The notes beneath the pieces were generated by a model. That model was not told where the DNA came from. It was given only the letters and a program-made list of their open reading frames with translations, and did no database searches. From an uncultured Gemmatimonadaceae bacterium (lineage in GTDB: Bacteria; Gemmatimonadota; Gemmatimonadetes; Gemmatimonadales; Gemmatimonadaceae), in assembly GCA_963761305.1 (NCBI GenBank), contig CAVXGK010000002.1:480001-544000 (forward strand): a stretch of 64,000 nt of DNA. The letters run 5' to 3'. Both the position numbers and the translations under genes were made by a program. Position 1 is the first letter of the stretch. Every line of letters starts with the position of its first letter. Below are positions 8,656 to 20,200 of this stretch, piece after piece.

Positions 8656-11579
8656 AGCGGTGGGCGATCGCCGGCGCGTTGGTCGTCGCGTCGTTCGCCG
8701 GTTCAGTAAATGCTCAAATTCCGCGGCTGCCGGGCGGACGCGTTCAGCCCACGCCGCGCGACACGAGCAAAGACAGCACGAAGGTCAAGTGGGGGGCGCC
8801 GGACAGCGTCGCGCAGCGCCTGCTGCAGTTGCGGGGCTACACCGTCACGCGCTATCAGGGCGACACCGCCGTCTTCAACGCCCAGACGCACGCCCTCGAC
8901 CTGCTCGCCGCCAAGAAGCGCATCGCCGCCGTCGATCGCGACTCGCAGACGATCGTCAGCGACAGCGGCATCTACTACACGGAGACGACGCACAAGGTCG
9001 TCTCGGGCGGCAAGTACCGCGTCACGCCGCCGCCGAACAGCGGACAAGCCGACATCGTCGGCCACGGGCGGCTCGATTACAGCCTCGCGCAGCGCACGGC
9101 GCGCATCACCAACGCCAAGCTGCCGGTCAACAACGGCGAGATGTGGTACATGGACATCGCGCTCGCCGAGGTCATGCAGGATACGACGCAGACTGGGAAG
9201 GGCGTCACGGTCTGGGGAAGAGGCGGGTCGATCACGAGTTGCCCCGACTCCATCCCCGACTGGCACCTCCAGGTCGGCGAGACGAAGCGCACGTCCGACA
9301 ACATGATCGCGGCGCGGCCGGCGGTGCTCTACATCCGGGACGTGCCGGTGATGTGGTTCCCGTTCTTCTTCAGCGACACCAAGAGCGGCCGCCATAGCGG
9401 AATCATCACGCCTGAATTCGGCCTCGGCGACATCGTCCGCAACAGCTCCAGCTACCGGCGCCACGTGGACCACGCCGGCTACTACTGGGCGACGAGCGAC
9501 TACATGGACTTCGCGACGTGGCTCGACTGGCGGAGCTCCGCCGGCGCCACGGAAGGCGACCCCGGGTGGCTCAAGCTCAACGGGGATTGGAGCTACAAGT
9601 GGCTCGATCGGTTCCTGAGCGGACGCGTCGGCCTGGGGTATACGACCCAGCGCGACGGCACGACCAACACCGCGGTGAGCTGGACTCACCAACAAGAGTT
9701 CTCGAAAGACAGCCACATTCAGGCGAACGTCAACTTCGTCACCAGCACCGCGCTCCAACGGCAGAACACGTTCAACCCGTACACCGCGCTGGCGACGATC
9801 GCGTCGGCGCTCGCGTATCAGACGAAGCTCGGGCCGGCCTCGGTGTCGATCGGGGGCACGCGCACGCAGTACCCCGGCCGGCAGCAGATCGACCAGACGG
9901 TGCCGACGGTCAATCTCACGTCGACGCCGATAACGCTCGGCGACTACTTCAGCTGGACGCCCGCCTTCAGCTACTCGCAGCACGATGTGCTGCGCATGGA
10001 TCAGCCGGGCATCGGCGCCTACGTCTTCACCACGGATCAGATCACCGGCCTGCGCGACAGTACGCTGGCGAAGAACCGCAGCTCGAGCGACGAGACGATG
10101 ACGATTGGGGCGCCGCTCCAGATCTTCGGTTTCGCCCTCAACAACTCGGTCAACATCCACCAACAGCGCCAGGATTTCGCGCAGCAGTTCCAGATCTACA
10201 ACGTCGAGACCGGGGCGGTGACCGACACGCGCGTCTTCGCGGCGACGTACCGGAGCGAAGTCGACTGGAATCCGGACTTCAAGCTGCCGGGGTTCTGGCA
10301 GAACAAGTTCAACCTCACGCCGTCGATCAGCCTGCAGAACGCCGACCCGGGACCGTTCTGGGTGGCGTCCGAGCGCACGAACGGCGTGTACGTGCACCAG
10401 GGCAAGCGCCTGACCGGCGGCCTGAGCGCGTCGCCGACGATCTTCGGCCTCTTTCCCGGATTCGGTCCCTTCGAACGCATTCGCCATTCGCTCACGCCCA
10501 CGATCAGCTACTCCTGGGGACCGCGCGCCGACGTGAGCGACGAGTACTTGGCCGCGCTGGGTCGCACGCGCGCAGGATCCTTCACGAACCTGCCGCTCAG
10601 CAACATCAACCTCGGGCTCACGCAGTTGTTCCAGGCGAAGCTTCGGGCGCGGAACGATTCGAATCCGGACGGCGGACACAAGATCGATCTGCTCGCGATC
10701 ACGATGACGCCGCTGAGCTACGACTTCGCGCGGGCGCAGGGGCACGCGAGGACCGCCGGCTTCACCAGCGACAGCTGGGGGTATTCGCTCCGCTCGGATT
10801 TGCTGCCCGGCTTCGACTTCTCGAGCCAGTACTCGCTCTTCCTCGGCAGCACGCTGAGCGACACCGCGTTGTTCAAGCCGTATCTCACGTCGATCTCGGC
10901 GTCGTTCACGTTGAGCCGCGATCAGAATCCTCTGACGGTGTTTCGCAAGCTATTCGGCGGACCGCCGCCGCCAACGGACTCGGCCAAGAAAGCCGAGGCG
11001 GAAGCCGCTGCCTCCAGGATCAGAGCCGAGAACGCCGCGGCGCAGCCGGTCGCCGGCACCGTGCGCGGACCCGAGCGTTTTCTGCAGCAGTCGACTGGGT
11101 GGCGCGCCCATTTCGATCTCACCCGCTCGAGCCCGCGGCCGCCCAAGCCCGGCCCCAACGTCATCGACTTCGATCCGCGCGCGCGTTGTGCGCAAATCAC
11201 CGGTTCGAATACGATCTTGTTCGACCAGTGCGTCGCCGCCCAACAGGCGCAGCCGACGACGGACACGCCGGTCGTTTCCGCCACCGCCGGCGGCCCCGCG
11301 TACAACATTCCGCCGACGACGAATCTCACCTCCGACATCGCGTTCAACTTGACGCCGAAGTGGGGAACACACTGGATCACGAGCTACGACCTCGAGCACC
11401 ACGCGTTCGCCAGCCAGAACGTGCAGCTGCAGCGCGATCTGCACGATTGGGAGGCGCTCTTCGGCTACACGCAGTCGCCCAACGGAAACTTCGCGTTCAC
11501 GTTCACGATCCGCCTCAAGGCGGACGCCGACCTCAAGTTCGACTACAATCGCGCGACGGTGCGATCGGGCACCTTCTAG
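8652..11579 (+). CDS. LptD-like LPS-assembly outer-membrane protein
   Basis: Signal peptide, SITSC..PDWH, AVLYIRDVPVMWFPF, RHSGIITP, GYYWATSDYMD, and C-terminal WITSYDLE..RDLHDW beta-barrel strands. Confidence 0.75.
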   Translation: MKRWAIAGALVVASFAGSVNAQIPRLPGGRVQPTPRDTSKDSTKVKWGAPDSVAQRLLQLRGYTVTRYQGDTAVFNAQTHALDLLAAKKRIAAVDRDSQTIVSDSGIYYTETTHKVVSGGKYRVTPPPNSGQADIVGHGRLDYSLAQRTARITNAKLPVNNGEMWYMDIALAEVMQDTTQTGKGVTVWGRGGSITSCPDSIPDWHLQVGETKRTSDNMIAARPAVLYIRDVPVMWFPFFFSDTKSGRHSGIITPEFGLGDIVRNSSSYRRHVDHAGYYWATSDYMDFATWLDWRSSAGATEGDPGWLKLNGDWSYKWLDRFLSGRVGLGYTTQRDGTTNTAVSWTHQQEFSKDSHIQANVNFVTSTALQRQNTFNPYTALATIASALAYQTKLGPASVSIGGTRTQYPGRQQIDQTVPTVNLTSTPITLGDYFSWTPAFSYSQHDVLRMDQPGIGAYVFTTDQITGLRDSTLAKNRSSSDETMTIGAPLQIFGFALNNSVNIHQQRQDFAQQFQIYNVETGAVTDTRVFAATYRSEVDWNPDFKLPGFWQNKFNLTPSISLQNADPGPFWVASERTNGVYVHQGKRLTGGLSASPTIFGLFPGFGPFERIRHSLTPTISYSWGPRADVSDEYLAALGRTRAGSFTNLPLSNINLGLTQLFQAKLRARNDSNPDGGHKIDLLAITMTPLSYDFARAQGHARTAGFTSDSWGYSLRSDLLPGFDFSSQYSLFLGSTLSDTALFKPYLTSISASFTLSRDQNPLTVFRKLFGGPPPPTDSAKKAEAEAAASRIRAENAAAQPVAGTVRGPERFLQQSTGWRAHFDLTRSSPRPPKPGPNVIDFDPRARCAQITGSNTILFDQCVAAQQAQPTTDTPVVSATAGGPAYNIPPTTNLTSDIAFNLTPKWGTHWITSYDLEHHAFASQNVQLQRDLHDWEALFGYTQSPNGNFAFTFTIRLKADADLKFDYNRATVRSGTF

Positions 11580-11590
11580 CAGCGCGTGAG

Positions 11591-11619
11591 AAGGGATCGC
11601 GCCCACGGCGCAATCCCTT
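11591..11619 (+). terminator. Hairpin after the lptD-like gene
   Basis: AAGGGATCGCGCC-cac-GGCGCAATCCCTT with one mismatch; the U tail is weak. Confidence 0.4.
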
Positions 11620-11646
11620 GAATTGTCCCCACCGCCCGTCGACATT
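11618..11646 (+). promoter_or_regulatory. Putative sigma70 promoter of the hut operon (leaderless geometry)
   Basis: TTGAAT-17 nt-GACATT, ending 6 nt before ATG11653; no SD. Confidence 0.45.
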
Positions 11647-11652
11647 CCCGCC

Positions 11653-13176
11653 ATGACGCACGAGGTCGTCATCGACGGCGATTCGCTCACGGTCGAACAG
11701 GTATCGTCGGTCGCGACCGATCGCGCGCGCGTGGCGATCGCACCGCGCGCGCGGCAACGCGCCGCCACGACCCGAGCCGTCGTCGACAAACTGGTGGCCA
11801 GCGGTGCCGTCGCCTACGGCGTCACGACGGGATTCGGCAAGCTCTCCGAGGTCGCGATCCCACCGGACCGGCTGGCCGAGCTGCAGGTGAATCTCGTGCG
11901 CAGCCACGCGGCGGGCGTCGGCGATTTGCTCCCGGAGCGTGAGGTTCGCGCGATGATGCTTCTCCGCGCGAACGTCATCGCCAAAGGTTTTTCCGGCGCC
12001 CGCATCGACCTCGCGGACTTGCTCGTCGGCATGCTGAACGCGGACCTCTATCCGCCAGTGCCGGAGCAGGGCAGCGTCGGCGCGAGCGGCGACCTCGCCC
12101 CGCTGGCCCATCTCGCCCTCTCGTTGATCGGCGAAGGCGCGCTCCGCCGCGGGACGGCGCAGGGATCGGCCAACAATCTCCTGCATGCCGCCGGCCTCGA
12201 GCCGATCACGCTGGCGAGCAAGGAAGGACTCACCCTCATCAACGGCACGCAGGCGCATACGTCGATCGCCGCGCTGGCGCTCGTCGACGCGCGACGTCTG
12301 TGGCGCGCGGCGCACATCGCCGGCGCGATGTCGCTGGAGGCGCTGCTCGGCACGCCCGTCGCGTTCGACGAGCGGATTCAGTCGGCGCGCGGCCAGGTGG
12401 GACAAGCCGCATCGGCGGCCTATCTGCGCCTGCTCCTGGCCGAGAGCGAGATTCGCGAGTCGCATCGCTACAACGATCCGCGCGTACAGGACGCCTACGC
12501 GTTGCGCTGCATGCCGCAGGTGCACGGTCCGGTGCTCGACGCGATCGAGTTCGCCGCCGGTATCATCGGCCGCGAGCTGAACGCCGCCACCGACAATCCG
12601 CTCGTGTTCGACACGGGCGATCTCCTGAGCGGCGGCAACTTTCACGGGCAGTCGGTGGCGATGGCGCTCGACTTCCTCGCCATCGCGCTGACCAACCTCG
12701 CGACCATCTCCGAGCGACGCACTGACCGGCTCGTGAACCCGGACCTGAATCAGGGGCTGCCGGCGTTCCTCACCGCCGACGCGGGCGTGAATTCCGGCTT
12801 CATGATGGCGCAAGTCACCGCGGCGGCGATCGCCAGCGAGTGCAAGGTGCTCTCGCACCCGGCGAGCGTCGACACGATTCCGACGGACGGCAACAAGGAA
12901 GACGTGGTCCCGATGGCGATGGCGGCGGCGTGGAAACTGCGCCGCATCGTGCGCAACGTGCGATACGTGCTGGCGGTCGAGCTCATGTGCGCGGCGCAAG
13001 GGATCGATTGCCGCGCGCCGCTCAAACCGGGGCGCGGCGTGGCCCGCGCGCACGAAGCCGTGCGCAAGCTCGTCGCGCCGCTCGAGCGCGATCGCACGCT
13101 TTCGCCCGACATCGAGCGGCTCGCGCAAGCGATCGCCGACGACGAAATCCCCGGTCCTCCACTGAACGGTCGGTAG
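11653..13176 (+). CDS. hutH: Histidine ammonia-lyase
   Basis: [11 protein letters not shown]-forming [22 protein letters not shown] and GGNFHG. Confidence 0.97.
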   Translation: MTHEVVIDGDSLTVEQVSSVATDRARVAIAPRARQRAATTRAVVDKLVASGAVAYGVTTGFGKLSEVAIPPDRLAELQVNLVRSHAAGVGDLLPEREVRAMMLLRANVIAKGFSGARIDLADLLVGMLNADLYPPVPEQGSVGASGDLAPLAHLALSLIGEGALRRGTAQGSANNLLHAAGLEPITLASKEGLTLINGTQAHTSIAALALVDARRLWRAAHIAGAMSLEALLGTPVAFDERIQSARGQVGQAASAAYLRLLLAESEIRESHRYNDPRVQDAYALRCMPQVHGPVLDAIEFAAGIIGRELNAATDNPLVFDTGDLLSGGNFHGQSVAMALDFLAIALTNLATISERRTDRLVNPDLNQGLPAFLTADAGVNSGFMMAQVTAAAIASECKVLSHPASVDTIPTDGNKEDVVPMAMAAAWKLRRIVRNVRYVLAVELMCAAQGIDCRAPLKPGRGVARAHEAVRKLVAPLERDRTLSPDIERLAQAIADDEIPGPPLNGR

Positions 13177-13180
13177 CGCA

Positions 13181-14872
13181 ATGACGGCGACGATTCACGA
13201 AACGAACGCGGAGAAGGCACACACGGCGCGGCTGGTTCGCGCACCGCGCGGAACGACGCTCTCGTGCAAGGGTTGGCAGCAGGAAGCCGCCCTTCGAATG
13301 CTGATGAACAACCTCGACCCCGAGGTCGCCGAGCGGCCCGACGATCTCGTCGTGTACGGCGGCACGGGCAAAGCCGCGCGCAGTTGGGAGGCGTTCGACG
13401 CCATCGTCGCCGCGCTCCGGAAACTCGAGAGCGACGAGACGCTCCTCGTGCAGAGCGGCAAACCGGTCGGCGTATTCCGCACCCACACCACCGCGCCACG
13501 CGTGCTCATCGCCAACTCGAACCTCGTGGGCCGGTGGGCGAACTGGGATTACTTTCGCGAGCTGGAACGCGCCGGGTTGATCATGTACGGCCAGATGACG
13601 GCGGGCTCGTGGATCTACATCGGCTCGCAAGGAATTCTTCAAGGCACGTACGAGACGTTCGGCGCGGTGGCGCGCACGCACTTCGGCGGATCGCTCGCCG
13701 GACGGTTCGTGCTCACGGCGGGACTCGGCGGCATGGGCGGCGCACAGCCGCTCGCCGCGACGATGAACGGCGCCGCGATCCTCGGCGTGGATGTGGACGA
13801 AGCGCGCATCGACAAGCGTTTGGAGACGGGCTACTGCGACCGCAAGACGGGCAGCCTCGACGAGGCGCTCACCTGGATCCGCGAGGCGACGTCGTCCAAG
13901 AGAGCCCTCTCGGTCGGTTTGGTCGGCAACGCCGCCGAGGTGTTGCCCGAGCTCGTACGGCGCGGCGTCACACCGGACGTGCTCACCGATCAGACGAGCG
14001 CGCACGACACGCTCAATGGCTATGTGCCGGCGGGACTCTCGCTCGCCGCCGCGGCTGAACTCCGTCGGGCCGACCCGAAGGCATACGTCGCGCGCGCCAA
14101 CACGTCGATCGTCGAGCACGTGCGCGCGATGCTGGCCATGCAACTGCGCGGTGCGATCACGTTCGACTACGGCAACAACATCCGCACGGTCGCCCTGGAC
14201 AGCGGCGTGGCCAACGCGTTCGACATTCCGGGCTTCGTGCCCGAGTACGTGCGCCCGCTCTTCTGCGAAGGAAAGGGGCCGTTCCGCTGGGTCGCGCTCT
14301 CGGGCGATCCGCGCGACCTGTCGCGCACCGACGAGCTCGTGCTCGAGCTATTCCCGCACGACGAGCACCTCAAACGTTGGATCACGCTGGCGCGCGAGCG
14401 AGTGCACTTTCAGGGATTGCCGGCGCGCATCTGCTGGCTCGGACAGGGTGAACGCGCGCGCTTCGGCGTCGCCCTCAACGACCTCGTCGCGAAGGGCGAG
14501 ATCTCGGCGCCGATCGTCATCGGGCGCGATCACCTCGACACGGGAAGCGTCGCGTCGCCGTTCCGTGAAACGGAAGCGATGCGCGACGGCAGCGACGCGA
14601 TCGCCGACTGGCCGATCCTCAACGCGCTGCTGAACACGGCGAGCGGCGCGTCGTGGGTGTCGTTCCACCACGGCGGCGGCGTCGGCATCGGCAACTCGCT
14701 GCATGCAGGCCAGGTGATCGTCGCCGACGGGACGCCTGAGATGCGCATACGACTCGAGCGCGTGCTGACGAATGATCCGGGCATCGGTGTGGCGCGCCAC
14801 GCCGACGCGGGGTACGAGATCGCCGTGCGCACCGCGGCGGAGCAGGGCATTCGCCTGCCGATGCGCGACTGA
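13181..14872 (+). CDS. hutU: Urocanate hydratase
   Basis: [31 protein letters not shown] and HHGGGVG. Confidence 0.98.
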   Translation: MTATIHETNAEKAHTARLVRAPRGTTLSCKGWQQEAALRMLMNNLDPEVAERPDDLVVYGGTGKAARSWEAFDAIVAALRKLESDETLLVQSGKPVGVFRTHTTAPRVLIANSNLVGRWANWDYFRELERAGLIMYGQMTAGSWIYIGSQGILQGTYETFGAVARTHFGGSLAGRFVLTAGLGGMGGAQPLAATMNGAAILGVDVDEARIDKRLETGYCDRKTGSLDEALTWIREATSSKRALSVGLVGNAAEVLPELVRRGVTPDVLTDQTSAHDTLNGYVPAGLSLAAAAELRRADPKAYVARANTSIVEHVRAMLAMQLRGAITFDYGNNIRTVALDSGVANAFDIPGFVPEYVRPLFCEGKGPFRWVALSGDPRDLSRTDELVLELFPHDEHLKRWITLARERVHFQGLPARICWLGQGERARFGVALNDLVAKGEISAPIVIGRDHLDTGSVASPFRETEAMRDGSDAIADWPILNALLNTASGASWVSFHHGGGVGIGNSLHAGQVIVADGTPEMRIRLERVLTNDPGIGVARHADAGYEIAVRTAAEQGIRLPMRD

Positions 14873-14893
14873 CGGCAGCGCGAGCAAACACGC

Positions 14894-15865
14894 ATGCTGT
14901 CCGCGCGCTTCCAGCCGTGGCACGTCGCCCTCTTCCTCGGGAAGTACGCGTGGCTCACGGCGCGCCGGCGTCCGGTGCTGGTGCATTTCGAGGTCACGCT
15001 ACGCTGCAACGCGCGCTGTTCGTTCTGCGACTACTGGACGACCGACGCGTCCGCACGCGCCTCCGAGCTCAAGAGCTACGCCGACGCCGCGCGGTTCTTC
15101 AACCCGATGCTGGTGACGTTCACCGGCGGCGAACCGACGCTCCGCCGCGACCTCGAGGCCCTGGTCGCCGGGGTGAACGGCGCGATCTCGCTCAAGTACA
15201 TCACGCTCATCACGCACGGGGCGATGCTGACGCCGGATCGAGCGCTGTCGCTCTGGGACGCCGGGGTGAACCAGTTCAACATCTCGCTCGACTATCTCGA
15301 CGAGCGGCACGACCAAGCCCGCGGGATTCCCGGGCTCGGCGCGCGCATTTTCGCCGCGGTGCCCGCGATGCGCGCGCGGGGTATCGACAACATCCGGTTC
15401 AACACGGTCATTAAGAACGACAACCTCGACCAGATCGTGCCGATCGCGCGCCGCGCCGAGGAAATGGACGTCGGCGTGAACTTCAGCGTCTACACCGATG
15501 CCAAGAACGGCAATCAGGATTTTCTCATCGGCAAGCGCGAGCTGGCACAGGCCGACGACGTCGTGCGCGAGCTGCTCGCGTTCAAGCGCCGGCGCCGCGG
15601 CGTGATCACGAACTCGGACTACTATCTCGAGCAGATTCCGAGATATCTGCGCGGCGAGATGCGCGAGCCCTGCCAGTCGGGCATTCGCACGATTCACATC
15701 GATCCCGCCGGGCAGGTGAAGCGCTGTCCCGATTTTCCCACCGATTTTCACTGGCGGGATTTTCGCAAGTACGAGCCCGTGAACTGCAACGCGTGCTACT
15801 ACGCCTGTCGTGGCGAGGCGCAGGCGCCGCTCCGCATCTCGCGCATTCGCGACGTGATGGCATGA
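14894..15865 (+). CDS. Radical SAM protein with a C-terminal Cys-rich (twitch/SPASM-like) domain
   Basis: CNARCSFC (CxxxCxxC), FTGGEP, ISLD; C-terminal C..C..CNACYYAC. Confidence 0.9.
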   Translation: MLSARFQPWHVALFLGKYAWLTARRRPVLVHFEVTLRCNARCSFCDYWTTDASARASELKSYADAARFFNPMLVTFTGGEPTLRRDLEALVAGVNGAISLKYITLITHGAMLTPDRALSLWDAGVNQFNISLDYLDERHDQARGIPGLGARIFAAVPAMRARGIDNIRFNTVIKNDNLDQIVPIARRAEEMDVGVNFSVYTDAKNGNQDFLIGKRELAQADDVVRELLAFKRRRRGVITNSDYYLEQIPRYLRGEMREPCQSGIRTIHIDPAGQVKRCPDFPTDFHWRDFRKYEPVNCNACYYACRGEAQAPLRISRIRDVMA

Positions 15866-17175
15866 GCGAAAGCACCGGGGACCGAGGCGGGGTGCGGAAG
15901 CGCTCGGATGAGACGCTCATCTTCGCGAACGCGGCGCAGGTGGTGACGTGCCGCGGGCCGGGACGCGCGCGCCGCGGACACGAGATGGCCGACGCCGGCA
16001 TCCGCACCGGCGTGGCCGTGGCCGTCGAGAACGGGAAGATCGCCGCCGTCGAGCCGCTGAGCGACCTGCGCGAGCGATTCCCGCGCGCGCCCGAGATCGA
16101 TTGTCGCGGCGGGGTTCTCATGCCCGGGCTCGTCGATTCGCACACCCATGGCGTGTTCGGCCGTCCGCGCTACGACGAGCCCGAGCTCCGCGCCGCGGGG
16201 CTGGATTACATGGAGATCGCGCGGCGCGGCGGTGGCATTCACTCGTCGGTGCGCGACCTGCGCGCGCGGTCGGAGGACGAGTTGTTCGACCTCGCCAACG
16301 AGCGCCTGCGCCGCCTCATGGCCCACGGCACGACGACGATCGAGGTGAAGTCGGGCTACGGGCTCACGCTCGACGACGAGCTCAAGACGCTCCGCGTGAT
16401 CGACCGGCTCCGCCGCGAGCTTCCGGCGCGCATCGTCCCGACGTTCCTCGGCGCGCACGAGATTCCGCTCGACCACCGCGGCTCGGACGCCGACCGGCGG
16501 CGGTATGTGGAGATCCTCATTCAGGAAATGATACCCGCCGTGTCGCGCGAGCGGCTGGCGCGGTTCGCCGACGTCTTCTGCGAGACGGGCGTGTACACGG
16601 TGGACGAGAGCCGCGAGATCCTCTCCGCGGCGCGCCGCGCCGGGCTCCTGGTGAAGCTGCACGCCGACGAGTTGACGTCGTCGGGCGGAGCCGAGTTGGC
16701 GGCGGAGCTGGGGGCGGTGTCGGCCGACCACCTGGCGGCGATCTCGGAGGCCGGCATCGACGCCTTGTCCCAGGGACCAACCGTCGCCACGCTCCTTCCC
16801 GGGACGATGCTCTTTCTGGGCAAGACGAAACACGCCCCCGCGAGACGCCTGATCGAGCGCGGGATCCCCGTCGCGCTTGCAACTGATTTCAACCCAGGGA
16901 CTTCGCCGACGCCCAACTTCCCGCTGGTCCTGACCTTGGGGGTCAGCCAGCTCAAATTGAGCGTCGCCGAAGCGACCGTGGCGGCCACGGTGAACGGGGC
17001 CGCGGCGCTCGCATTTGGGGACCAAATCGGCCAGATCGAACCGGGCTATCTCGCTGACCTGGCATTGTTTGACGTTCCTGACCTTCGAGCCGTCCCATAT
17101 TGGTATGGCGACAACCTTTGCACCGCCACCTTCGTGGGGGGCAAACCTTGTCACCAGAACCACTTAGGTCACTGA
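15862..17175 (+). CDS. hutI: Imidazolonepropionase
   Basis: PGLVDSHTH, GTTTIEVKSGYGL, KLHADE and ATDFNPG. Confidence 0.96.
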   Translation: MSESTGDRGGVRKRSDETLIFANAAQVVTCRGPGRARRGHEMADAGIRTGVAVAVENGKIAAVEPLSDLRERFPRAPEIDCRGGVLMPGLVDSHTHGVFGRPRYDEPELRAAGLDYMEIARRGGGIHSSVRDLRARSEDELFDLANERLRRLMAHGTTTIEVKSGYGLTLDDELKTLRVIDRLRRELPARIVPTFLGAHEIPLDHRGSDADRRRYVEILIQEMIPAVSRERLARFADVFCETGVYTVDESREILSAARRAGLLVKLHADELTSSGGAELAAELGAVSADHLAAISEAGIDALSQGPTVATLLPGTMLFLGKTKHAPARRLIERGIPVALATDFNPGTSPTPNFPLVLTLGVSQLKLSVAEATVAATVNGAAALAFGDQIGQIEPGYLADLALFDVPDLRAVPYWYGDNLCTATFVGGKPCHQNHLGH

Positions 17176-17242
17176 CGGCCGACTCGGCGCGATCTGAGCG
17201 GCCCGTTTCCGTCCAAGGCCCTCGTCCGCACCCATCTGGCTG

Positions 17243-20200
17243 ATGTCCCAAGTCGCAAAGCTGAAGAAGCAAGCCGCGGAGTTCGAGGCCAAGAAACAGT
17301 TCGACAAGGCCGTCGGCGCCTACATCAAACTGCTCGAGGCGTTCGACACCTACGCCGACGAACTGGACATCGGATTGTTCAATCGCGTCGGCGACTTGCT
17401 GCTGCGCCAGGGCAACGTGGCCGACGCCGTCGACTACTACGAGCGAGGCATCGACAAGTATTCCGAGACGGGTTTCTTCAACAACGCCATCGCGCTCTGC
17501 AACAAGGTCCTTCGCCACTCGCCCGGCCGCGCGTCGATCTACTACAAGCTTGGCCGAATCAGCGCGAAAAAAGGATTCACGAACGAAGCGCGTACCAACT
17601 TCCTCGAGTACGCCGACCGCATGCAGAAGTCGGGGAAGGTCGACGAGGCGTTCCGCGCGCTCACCGAGTTCGCCGATCTCTGCCCCGATCAGGACGAGAT
17701 TCGTCTCACACTCGCCGAGCAACTCACGCGAGCCGGCCGCAAGACCGACGCGCTGGAGCAACTGCAGACGCTCCACGAACGGCTCGACGGCGAAGGACGC
17801 ACCGGCGACGCGCGTGCCGTCGTCGAACGTATGCGGGCGATCGATCCGAGAGTCGAGCCGCGTAAGAGCCAGTCGGGCCGCAAGAGTACGTCGTCGGAGC
17901 TCATCTTCATCGACCTCGACGAGCCGACGTTCAGCCAATCGATCCCGGGCGGCGTGCCGATCGTACCGCCGCCGGCACCGGTTGGGTTGGTCGACACGAG
18001 GCTCGACACGGAGACGACAGCCGACATCACACCGGCGACGCCGGCGGAAGGCTTGGTCACGTTTTCCAACACGATGGAAATCGAGCAGGTGCCGGACGAG
18101 GAAGAGGCCGAGGATGCGGCCGAACCTCTGGAGCTCGACAGCGAACCACGGCCGAGCGCGATCGCCGAACCCTCGTTCGATGAGGCGGTGGAATCGTCGA
18201 TCGTGGCCGACGAGCAATCGCGCATCGAGGCGATCGAAGCGATCGAAACCATCGAGGCGATCGAAACGATTGAAACGATCGACGCGATCGAGATCGCGGA
18301 ACGCGTCGTGACGGTCGAGGCCTCGTCGACGCTGGTGGTCGACGAGCCGCCCACGGTGGTCGAGGAACAGTCGGCGAGCGAACCGGCAGACGATGCGAAT
18401 ATGGAGCAGGTCGGCGGCGAGCACGCGGGCTTCGACGAAGACTTCCTTCACGTGATCGACTTTGAGCGGCGCGCCGATTCGCTTCCGACCGATGAACTTC
18501 CGATGGACGTGGTCGACGAGCCGCCGGATGCGGTCGACGAAGCGTCGGCATTCGTCGACGAAACACCCGACGAGGCGGAGGAAGAAGTCCCCGCGCCCGT
18601 TTTTGAAGCGACCAACGTCGACGAACCGGAGCCGGAACCGGAACCGGCGCCCGCGGACGAGCCCGAGCCGGAACCGCTCGACGAGTCGATGGAGGAACTG
18701 CTCGGCGAGATCGTGAAAGCGCCGGCCGCCAAGGCGGAACCGCCAGTGACTGCCGGCGAGCCGTCGTTCCCGTCGCCGGTCCTGTCACCGGCGCTGTCGG
18801 TGCCCGCGGAACCCGAACCGTTCGAGGAGCTCACGTCGATCACCGACTCGTCGAGCGCGAGCGATTTGATCGACGAGTTTTCCTTCGGGTCGCAAGGCGC
18901 GGTTGACGCCGGCGATTCGATCGACGTCGCCATCGGCGCGTCGCCGGCGACCGATGCGCCCGTCGTCGAGGCTTCGAAGGAACCAAGTGAGCCCGCCGCG
19001 CCGGAGGATCCGGTGGAAGCCGAGGAGCTCGCTCCGCGAAGCGACCCGATTCCGGGCATCCTCCTCGCCGATGCGCTCGGAGGAAGCTCGCGCCCCGGCG
19101 AGCAATCGGAGGCGCCGCCGTCGCTGTTCGACGAGACGCTCGACGAACCGATCGGCTTGCCGACGCCGTCGCAAACGCGCCGCTCGACGGCTGTCGCGGC
19201 CGAATCCGTCGGGGCGCTCACCGCCAGCGTCGAGGCGTCGCCGGACGATTGGGTGCTGCACCGCGATCTGGGCGAAGCAATGCTCGACGCCGGCGACCGC
19301 GCCGGCGGCATTCGAGAACTCGAATTCGCGATGGCCGGCGCGGAGCGCGACGGCAAACTCGATCTCGCCTCGTCGATTGCCGAAGAGGTCGCGCGCATCG
19401 AGCCCGAGGCGGTCAAACATCAGCAGAAGCGCGTCGAGTACGCGTTCCGCACCAACGACCGTGCCCGGCTCATCGAGGCGTACCTCGGCTTGGCGAACGT
19501 GTTGATGCGCACCGAACATGGCGAGAAGTCGCGCACGATCTACCAGCGCGTCCTCGACCTGGCGCCCGACGAGCCGCGCGCACGTCTCGCGCTTGCTTCG
19601 CTGACGCCCGCCCGGCCACTGCCCGACCGGCGATTCACGCCGGTCACGCCGTCGGCCGCGCACCTCCCTCGTGCCGCCGATGCGCCGGTCGCGCGCCGCT
19701 CCTCCGGCGCTTCACGGCCGCCGTCCGGCTCGTACATCAACCTCGGCGACATGCTGCGGGGCGACGACATCCCGCGCGACACGCGCATGGTGGTGCCGGA
19801 GCAGGAGCCGACGGGCGACGAGCAGGCCGATTTCGCGGACATGCTGCGCAAGTTCAAGGCGGGGATCGCGCGCAACGTGGCGCCGGAGGACCACCAGAGC
19901 CACTATGACCTCGCGATTGCGTACAAGGAGATGGGGCTGGTCGACGAGGCCATCGCCGAGTTCCAGAGGGCCCTGGCCGGTCCCACCAACCGGCTGCCAA
20001 CGTACGAGGCGCTCGGCCAGTGTTTCCTCGAGAAGGAACAATTCAAGTTAGCCTCGTCTATTCTGACCCGCGCCCTGAGTGAGAACGCCAGCGAGGACCA
20101 ACTCGTAGGTATCTTGTATCTGCTCGGCCGCGCGGCGGAGTCGCAGGGGAAAGCGGACGAGGCGCTCGGTTACTATCAACGCGTATTCGTCGTGGACATT

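Noticed and set aside
8703..10745. Long antisense ORFs here and elsewhere (e.g. 11533-13128, 31306-33222, 35381-37393, 39618-41393)
   Set aside because: Shadow ORFs expected in high-GC DNA. They are Arg/Ala-rich, have no motifs and lie opposite well-supported genes.
18224..18680. Repeats as a possible CRISPR array
   Set aside because: These are short in-frame coding repeats (IEA/IET, EPEP) with no spacers and no cas genes.
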